DNA from: a virus
Virus record (IMG/VR): IMGVR_UViG_3300032291_003679
Location: 1-64,000 of that record
DNA: 64,000 bases
Reading direction: 5' to 3' (one strand)
A model generated the notes under the pieces. That model had not been told where the DNA came from. It saw only the letters and a list, made by a program, of their open reading frames with translations, and did not search any database. Every line of letters starts with the position of its first letter. Position 1 is the first letter of the stretch. Of the stretch, positions 57,812 to 64,000 are shown piece after piece. Made by a program: the position numbers and the translations under genes.

Positions 57812-58309
57812 CTATCCTTTTCTAACTTTCCTACCTGCTGCCGCGGCAGATTCTGTATTGGAAACAAATTGTCTCCCTTTCCTGCTACCAAGAATTTTTT
57901 TTCTATTGGTGGCTGCTCTTTGTGACGGCGTCAATTTTGACCAAGCCTTTGCTGGAAGGTACCTACGCGTGCCGCCTTTTCTTATGGCTGGCTTGCCGTC
58001 TGAAGTAGTCCACTTCTCACGAGTCCACTTCTTAAGCGAGCGCTGTGATTTTTTAGGAGCGCCTCTATATCCACCACCAGCTTTGCGGTACTCCATCGCA
58101 AGAAGCTGAGCTTTTCTTGCACTCCACTGACCAGGTTTTCCTCCACGTGAACCAGCCATAATGCGATTCTTAATTCGTTCACGGACTTCAGGCTTCGTGT
58201 AAGACATTTTGGCTGTCTTTTCAAGCATTGTGGGGGCGTCTTCAACAAACTTGGAGATAGAGTCTTCAACCCATGCCGGGCACTCTGGGGAATTTTTGTT
58301 TTCTCTCAT
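57812..58309 (-). CDS. basic conserved phage protein
   Basis: PGQWSARKAQLL..YRKAGGGY..RYLP.KAW. Confidence 0.7.
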   Translation of the reverse strand: MRENKNSPECPAWVEDSISKFVEDAPTMLEKTAKMSYTKPEVRERIKNRIMAGSRGGKPGQWSARKAQLLAMEYRKAGGGYRGAPKKSQRSLKKWTREKWTTSDGKPAIRKGGTRRYLPAKAWSKLTPSQRAATNRKKILGSRKGRQFVSNTESAAAAGRKVRKG

Positions 58310-58548
58310 TGCTTGTCTTCTGCTTCTTTTTTGGCCTGATTAATTATCCATGTTGTTTCTGCGTTCATATTGTCAAGCCACGGGTGTGATTTAGCGAAAT
58401 CCGCCACTTGTTTAGCGCCGTCTTCTGCAGAATAGTCAATGCCAATCTGTCTAAACAGGTCGTAGATGTCTTCACATTCAGGAATGTCAAGTGTTCTGAA
58501 TTTTATAAAGTCTGCATTTTCTTGCGAATTGTCTATATTCATTGTCAT
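58306..58548 (-). CDS. hypothetical protein
   Basis: ATGA coupling at both ends. Confidence 0.6.
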   Translation of the reverse strand: MTMNIDNSQENADFIKFRTLDIPECEDIYDLFRQIGIDYSAEDGAKQVADFAKSHPWLDNMNAETTWIINQAKKEAEDKQ

Positions 58549-61500
58549 ATCATTACCGCCACTGTTTTATCGCCCATCTGAATTCCGACTCTTGATAGGT
58601 CATTTGAAAATCCGTATAGATTTGCCATACCCGAGGTGAGGCCTCTATTTTTGTGTTCTTTAGAGACTTTTGCTTTACCAACATTGCGTCCACCAGCAAA
58701 CGACATAGACGCAACTGGCTTGGTGTTCTTCGCTTCAAACATGCTTGCCAGAATGTCTGACTGTGTTGACATCTTGTCAAAAAGCCCTTGTATTTTTCTG
58801 TCGCGAACCTTGAGGTATTGTTCGTGGGTAAAGACTTTGACCATGCCGTTTGTTCCAGCAACCATCCAGTAATCTTGCTTTTCTCCAGTTGCAAAATCAG
58901 TATTGCGAACTCTACGAGCTCCAGACACTGGTCCTTTTGTGAACTTCTTCGTGTTGCCTATCCTCTTTAGCTGCATTGAGCCGGTGTTGAACTTGTTCGA
59001 ATTAAGGTCACTCAGGGCTGCGCTAACTCGCTTTACGGATTCTTCATCAAGCGTAAAACCACCAGTTCCACCAGAATCTATAAACGCTGGACTGACATCT
59101 TCTCCACTCTCAAGAAGTTCCCAAAGTTTATTAAGGTTAGTTACTGCAATCTGGTCCTCTCCTAGTCCCATATCTGCAGCTTTGGTAAGGTTTTCTTCAG
59201 TATTTGGATAAACATCTACTACGTCAAGATAAACGGTTCCATCAGATACCCATCCACCGATTGTGGTTTTTTCAGCACCAGACTTAGGTTCCATAAAGGT
59301 CTTTGGTCCGTGGAAGTCCATCCAAGCCAAGAACGTGTCAACCAGTTCGTCTGATGGGTTTCCCTCGGCATCAAAGTCAGCCACTGCATCTACCTTCATG
59401 CCGTGCTTATTACGAGCAATCGCTATGCCTTCTTTGATGTCGTCCATTCGGTCGACCTCTACAGTGAAGCCACCCATAAACCCCTTTGTCAGAGTCGACT
59501 TAACCGCTGCAACGCGTTCTGGGTCTCTATTAAACGTGACTTTTATGTCGGCAGCTCGCATGCGCGCTTCAACAAAGTTGTACTTGATTACTTTTCCTGA
59601 AGAAAGACGATTTGAATTCTTCGAGGGAACAGGTCCAATGTTGTCTATTGCGTTGTCGTAAGTGTCTATTGTCGAACGGTAGGTTTTATTTTTTTGTATT
59701 TTAAGAATTTCTTCGTCGCTCATGTTGTCCAACAAAAGCATCTCGTTGCTTATGAAGTCTAGGAATCTAGAAAAATGCTCGCCTAAGTAGTCGCCACCCC
59801 TGCCGTCAATATGTCTGGACTCGTATAGTTCATTTGCATCATAAGTTCTGTTTTTTAGATACTGACGAACAACACCTGCATCTGACATTTCTGATTCTCT
59901 ATAGGCTCTCCCTACTTCTTTCCTAATTTCAGATATCGGCGGAATGCTTCTCTTGGCTCTAGCCCCAGAAGAAAGTTTTGCCGTTTGGCCCGTCATGGAG
60001 TCAAATTCTGTTTTAAATTCGTCAATATCGAGTGCTGCAAGCCTGTGATATGGCGGGTTTGTTTGTTTGTCTCGGTCGCTAAAGCTTGCGTTGATTAGTT
60101 TTACAAATTCTTTATCTTCATCGCTTTCAACACGCTTAAGCACCTCGGCGGGGAAAAATACAGATGGTGGCGTCATCATCATTGCTTCGGTCGGGCGACC
60201 AAGCAGAACTACTTCATCTTCGCCCAGACATCCAAAGCCGGTTAATGGATTTGAGAATATATTCTCGATAGGGACATACGCTTTAATAAGAATATTGTCG
60301 TCAAATAAATCTGGGTTGTCTACTTTTCCTGTCAACGATGTAGCGAAAGCCTGTGCCATGGAGCTGTTTGTTGTCCATGAAGAAAGAGGACGCATAGAAA
60401 CAGTATCTGCTTTTAGCTCTCCTCTAGGTACGCGCATTTCTGGAGTACCCTTCATGCCTCTCCATACCGCAACATGGGTAACGCCTTTTGTTTTGTAGTA
60501 ATGCTGTGTTGCTTCGTATATTGCAGACACCACAGAACGAACGGCTGCGCGTTGTTTTTCACTCAAAGACGGCGCGTCGTCGAATTCTAGGGCTGTCAAC
60601 TCTCCTCTTTCTTCAGGGTCAACTGCATCACCAAACCCGCTACCGGAACGAGGCAAGCCGCGAATGCCGCCATTCCATCCAACTGCTTCATCAAGTCCAA
60701 ACATTTCTCTTGCTTCGTGCTGTATAGCCAAAGCAACCGGGTTTGAGTTGTTCGCAGAAATAGCCCATGTATGAATGATGTCTGAAACTATCGCTGCCGC
60801 TGCTTCTCTTTCCCCCTCAGGGGTGTCGATATCAAAAAACGAAATACCTGAAGTGTATTCATATCTGTTCTTAAAATCTTCAGCAAAACCAGCAGAAGCT
60901 CGCAGCCTATTTATTAGAAAACCTTTAAATAGCTCTTTTGTTTCTTCGGAATCGATATTGGATTTATCAACAGTGATTATTCCCGCTTCAGCGATTTTTC
61001 GAAGGTATTCGTCAGTAAACCCGAGTTCCGACACAACCTTGACATAAGCTTTTCGCTGTTCCGGCGTTTGTTCGCTATCTGGAATTATTTTTCCATCTTT
61101 AATTACTGATTTTAGTAATTCAATCGGCTCACGCGGAGATAAGCCTAGTTTTGAAATTATGGCGTAACCATTTTTTCCAGTGGTAGGGTCAACCTCTCCT
61201 ATGGGGGAAAAAGCTACGACTAAGTCACTGCTTCCTCGTAGCTCTTCTCCACTCCGTATTCCTTTTGAGAATTCTTGAAGCATGTCACGTATGCGTAGGC
61301 CGAGCTCCATTTGTTTTTTAATGTCGTCTCCACCAACTTTAGTAAGGAGGTATGGAGTAAATATCGACTTCTCATCACCTATGTATATGTTGGTTAAGGC
61401 GTCCCACTCTGGACCAAAAAGTTCATCAAAAGAACGAGCTTCTAGTTGGTCAATCATTTCGTCAAAATAAAAACGACGTTGAATTATTTTGTCATGCTCT

Positions 61501-63929
61501 GTAACGGACACTAGCGACCCTGTAACTCTATCTACAGCAAATCTTCTAGCCTTTTTGCGTTCTTCATCTGTTTGAGCTTTATCTACTGCTTCAAAAACAG
61601 ACATTAACGCTTTAAAATTGCGAGCCGCCGAAAAAAACCGTCGCTGCAGTTGAGCGTCAGATATTCCAGAGCCTGTTATCTCGGCTTCAGAAAAAGCTTG
61701 TATAAATTCTCTTGGTTTAATTTTTGCTGTTTGAGAAAGGTTTAGGGAAATCATTCGTTTTGCAGCAGAACTTGCCTTGCGGTCCTCCATTGGGGCAAAC
61801 ATACTGACGCCAAAACCATGAATTTTATTTGAAGATTTTGCCCCTAGCTCTTTAAGTATTGGGTCTTCAGGAATTTGGGCAACGTCATTTTTTAGTTCAT
61901 CGCTAAGGTTGTATTCTCCCGGAACAGGGAGGGACTCACGTAATTGCTCTGATGGTTCTGAAGCGAAGGAGACCAAGGACTCTGGGCGCTCTGGGGCCTC
62001 GAAGGTGTAGTCGGGTTTGCGTTTCGACGGCTCTTCCTGTTCTGAAGATTCGTCCCCAGCCCCAACCAATTGACGAAGCGCTCTAGAAATACGACCGCGG
62101 CGCTTTTCTCTTCCTGGCTTTGCCTCCGCGCCAGAGGACAACGACATGCTGATTGATGGGCGGCCATCGGGACGCGCTTCCCACGGAAGGTTGTCTGGGT
62201 TAACCCCAGCTAGTGCGTAAATATCACGGCGAAGCTTGGGGCTCAGTATGTTTTTTGCCAAGTCCTTGTTTGGGTGCATGATTGCAACAAAAGCTTCAGC
62301 GATTGCTTCACGCTTGTTTACATTTCCATAAGATGTTGCAAGGAGAGCTTTGTCTGGGTGCGTCTTAAACATCTCGCCAGCATCACGGCCGGTTAGGTCA
62401 ATGAACTGAGAGTAAATTTCAATTGCTTCGTTATCAGTATCGGGATTTGCGTACTCTTCAGCTACGTCTAGGGCTGCACGGTACATAGGGTCGTCGAGCT
62501 TGCCACTTCCATAATACGTTTTTGACCCCCCAGAACTATTCGTTTCCAGGTCACGTATTGCTCTGTAGTGAAGCCAGTGGCCGTACTCGTGAATCAACGT
62601 CCCATGGAGCGAGCGGTCGATATGCGCCTCTCTGAGTCCTGGTTTCCGATTTGGGTCAAGCTCTAGTGGATACTTGGCCCCTACGTTGTCGTACGATTCT
62701 CTGTCGATAAGTGCGCGTGGCGTTAGGCCGACAAAACCAAACTCGCGAGATGCGAGTCCACTAACAAATGGAGTTTTTTCCATGCCACGCTGCTGGCGAA
62801 GAAGCTCCATTCTTTCCTTTACGTCAGGACGCCCCTCGTACTCGTTCATTGCATCTCTTGTAAATACACCAACAAGTGGTGCGCCAAAATTTTCAAACAT
62901 CCACTTCATTTGTGGAGAAGAATCAAGCATGCTGCGAACCAGTTCTCGAGACGCCTCTAGCCCTTCTGGAGAGTAATCAATTCTCAAGGCATTTTCATGT
63001 CCATCGAGCTGGTCGTAGTACTGCTTTAGATATTTTCTGTACTTTCTGTCTTTGTTCCAGCCAGTTCCAGCCAGGTCATCAGCCCACATCTCAAAATGCT
63101 CTTCTTTACTGGAAGGTACAAGAGCAAGAGACATTTCCTCGGATGTCATTCCTGCTAGCCATTTTGTTGAAGACCTACGTACTTCTTTGCCCGAGGCGTC
63201 TGCTTGCCCGTAGCCCTTAACTCCACGCTTGCCTGGCTCTACTGGTGTGCGTTCTGACACTCTTCTCATTGGAATAAGCGGGCGTTGTCTTCCGGAGCTT
63301 AGGCTTTGATTGTCGTCATCTGAGATGCGGCCAGAAGAAAGACGGTCGCTTTTTCCTAATGCGTCATGCGCAAGGGCAAGCTCAACATCTTTGGCGTCGG
63401 CTTCATAGATTGACTTGCGTCCAGAAGATAATTTCCCGCTAGTAGATACTGCATCAAATTTCTTAACAACCGAATCAAAATCACCGGCATAGACGCGTAC
63501 CGCAACGCCCGTATCAGGGCTTGTCATATCAGTAATATCAAATACGCTTCTTGGTCTATTACGAAACGACTCTGATTCTCTTTGGTTTTGCTCCTGCTCG
63601 TCAAGCCTGCCTGTATGCAGCATCCGCTGAGCCGAGTACATCATATAGGTGAGATGCTTTACGGCTAGTTTTTCTTGCGGCGTCAATGGTGAGTCCGGAT
63701 GGTCAACGATAGAAAACATCGCTAAGTCATTGGCCCATTCTCCATGACGGTCAAAAGCTCTTCCGGTTCCGAGGTGTCCAAATAAGTCATGGGAAGCCTG
63801 AAGTGCTTTACCATCAAGCCCCATATTGAATTTAGACGGGTCGGTTATGCCACCGATGTACCCACGAAGATAAGTACTCGTGCTGGTGCTAATTCTGGAA
63901 CCTGGAACAAAAAGCTCCTCGTCGCCCAT
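58545..63929 (-). CDS. 1794-aa multidomain protein with zincin metallopeptidase and R-S-E ADP-ribosyltransferase-like domains
   Basis: HEYGH..SYG..REAIAEAF; VWRG..LSSWT..EDEVV; six LSSG linkers. Confidence 0.75.
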   Translation of the reverse strand: MGDEELFVPGSRISTSTSTYLRGYIGGITDPSKFNMGLDGKALQASHDLFGHLGTGRAFDRHGEWANDLAMFSIVDHPDSPLTPQEKLAVKHLTYMMYSAQRMLHTGRLDEQEQNQRESESFRNRPRSVFDITDMTSPDTGVAVRVYAGDFDSVVKKFDAVSTSGKLSSGRKSIYEADAKDVELALAHDALGKSDRLSSGRISDDDNQSLSSGRQRPLIPMRRVSERTPVEPGKRGVKGYGQADASGKEVRRSSTKWLAGMTSEEMSLALVPSSKEEHFEMWADDLAGTGWNKDRKYRKYLKQYYDQLDGHENALRIDYSPEGLEASRELVRSMLDSSPQMKWMFENFGAPLVGVFTRDAMNEYEGRPDVKERMELLRQQRGMEKTPFVSGLASREFGFVGLTPRALIDRESYDNVGAKYPLELDPNRKPGLREAHIDRSLHGTLIHEYGHWLHYRAIRDLETNSSGGSKTYYGSGKLDDPMYRAALDVAEEYANPDTDNEAIEIYSQFIDLTGRDAGEMFKTHPDKALLATSYGNVNKREAIAEAFVAIMHPNKDLAKNILSPKLRRDIYALAGVNPDNLPWEARPDGRPSISMSLSSGAEAKPGREKRRGRISRALRQLVGAGDESSEQEEPSKRKPDYTFEAPERPESLVSFASEPSEQLRESLPVPGEYNLSDELKNDVAQIPEDPILKELGAKSSNKIHGFGVSMFAPMEDRKASSAAKRMISLNLSQTAKIKPREFIQAFSEAEITGSGISDAQLQRRFFSAARNFKALMSVFEAVDKAQTDEERKKARRFAVDRVTGSLVSVTEHDKIIQRRFYFDEMIDQLEARSFDELFGPEWDALTNIYIGDEKSIFTPYLLTKVGGDDIKKQMELGLRIRDMLQEFSKGIRSGEELRGSSDLVVAFSPIGEVDPTTGKNGYAIISKLGLSPREPIELLKSVIKDGKIIPDSEQTPEQRKAYVKVVSELGFTDEYLRKIAEAGIITVDKSNIDSEETKELFKGFLINRLRASAGFAEDFKNRYEYTSGISFFDIDTPEGEREAAAAIVSDIIHTWAISANNSNPVALAIQHEAREMFGLDEAVGWNGGIRGLPRSGSGFGDAVDPEERGELTALEFDDAPSLSEKQRAAVRSVVSAIYEATQHYYKTKGVTHVAVWRGMKGTPEMRVPRGELKADTVSMRPLSSWTTNSSMAQAFATSLTGKVDNPDLFDDNILIKAYVPIENIFSNPLTGFGCLGEDEVVLLGRPTEAMMMTPPSVFFPAEVLKRVESDEDKEFVKLINASFSDRDKQTNPPYHRLAALDIDEFKTEFDSMTGQTAKLSSGARAKRSIPPISEIRKEVGRAYRESEMSDAGVVRQYLKNRTYDANELYESRHIDGRGGDYLGEHFSRFLDFISNEMLLLDNMSDEEILKIQKNKTYRSTIDTYDNAIDNIGPVPSKNSNRLSSGKVIKYNFVEARMRAADIKVTFNRDPERVAAVKSTLTKGFMGGFTVEVDRMDDIKEGIAIARNKHGMKVDAVADFDAEGNPSDELVDTFLAWMDFHGPKTFMEPKSGAEKTTIGGWVSDGTVYLDVVDVYPNTEENLTKAADMGLGEDQIAVTNLNKLWELLESGEDVSPAFIDSGGTGGFTLDEESVKRVSAALSDLNSNKFNTGSMQLKRIGNTKKFTKGPVSGARRVRNTDFATGEKQDYWMVAGTNGMVKVFTHEQYLKVRDRKIQGLFDKMSTQSDILASMFEAKNTKPVASMSFAGGRNVGKAKVSKEHKNRGLTSGMANLYGFSNDLSRVGIQMGDKTVAVMI

Positions 63930-64000
63930 CAGTTCTCCAGCGCGACGTGAAAGCTCTCTAAGAAACTGGCTGTGTTTTTTCCATGCCTCAAGATATGGTG

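Overview
This window is a 64-kb slice of a large dsDNA phage genome. The host is very probably an actinobacterium (WhiB, Rpf domain, leaderless genes, LPxTG protein). It has three blocks. (1) 1-14 kb: a lysis-like module (M15-type endolysin, holin-like proteins), a sortase-anchored surface protein, a metallophosphoesterase, an HslV/proteasome-beta protease, WhiB, several RHH/HTH regulators, tRNA-Thr and a replication initiator-C/helicase-loader pair. (2) About 14.3-47.1 kb: a GC-richer region of roughly 60 mostly small genes organised as about 25 separately promoted units. It carries a layered repeat grammar: about 75 copies of an asymmetric 14-mer (AGGTGTAGGTAAGT) that mostly follows transcription direction and is even written into proteins; 25 copies of a non-canonical promoter (GGAAGTCTG-N9-TGGTANNNT, invariant spacing); a 120-128 bp block-symmetric upstream module; and a second 16-mer (TTGACGGTGGTGGAAG). 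Much of this block is also strongly depleted of 4-bp palindromes. It is the best candidate for an undescribed system. (3) 47-64 kb: an Rpf/SLT muralytic protein, a thyX-rmlACBD operon, a tRNA cluster including a D-armless UAU tRNA-like gene, thioredoxin, SSB, and a 1794-aa metallopeptidase/ADP-ribosyltransferase protein punctuated by LSSG motifs. All counts come from manual reading and all family calls from motif recognition; no database searches were run.
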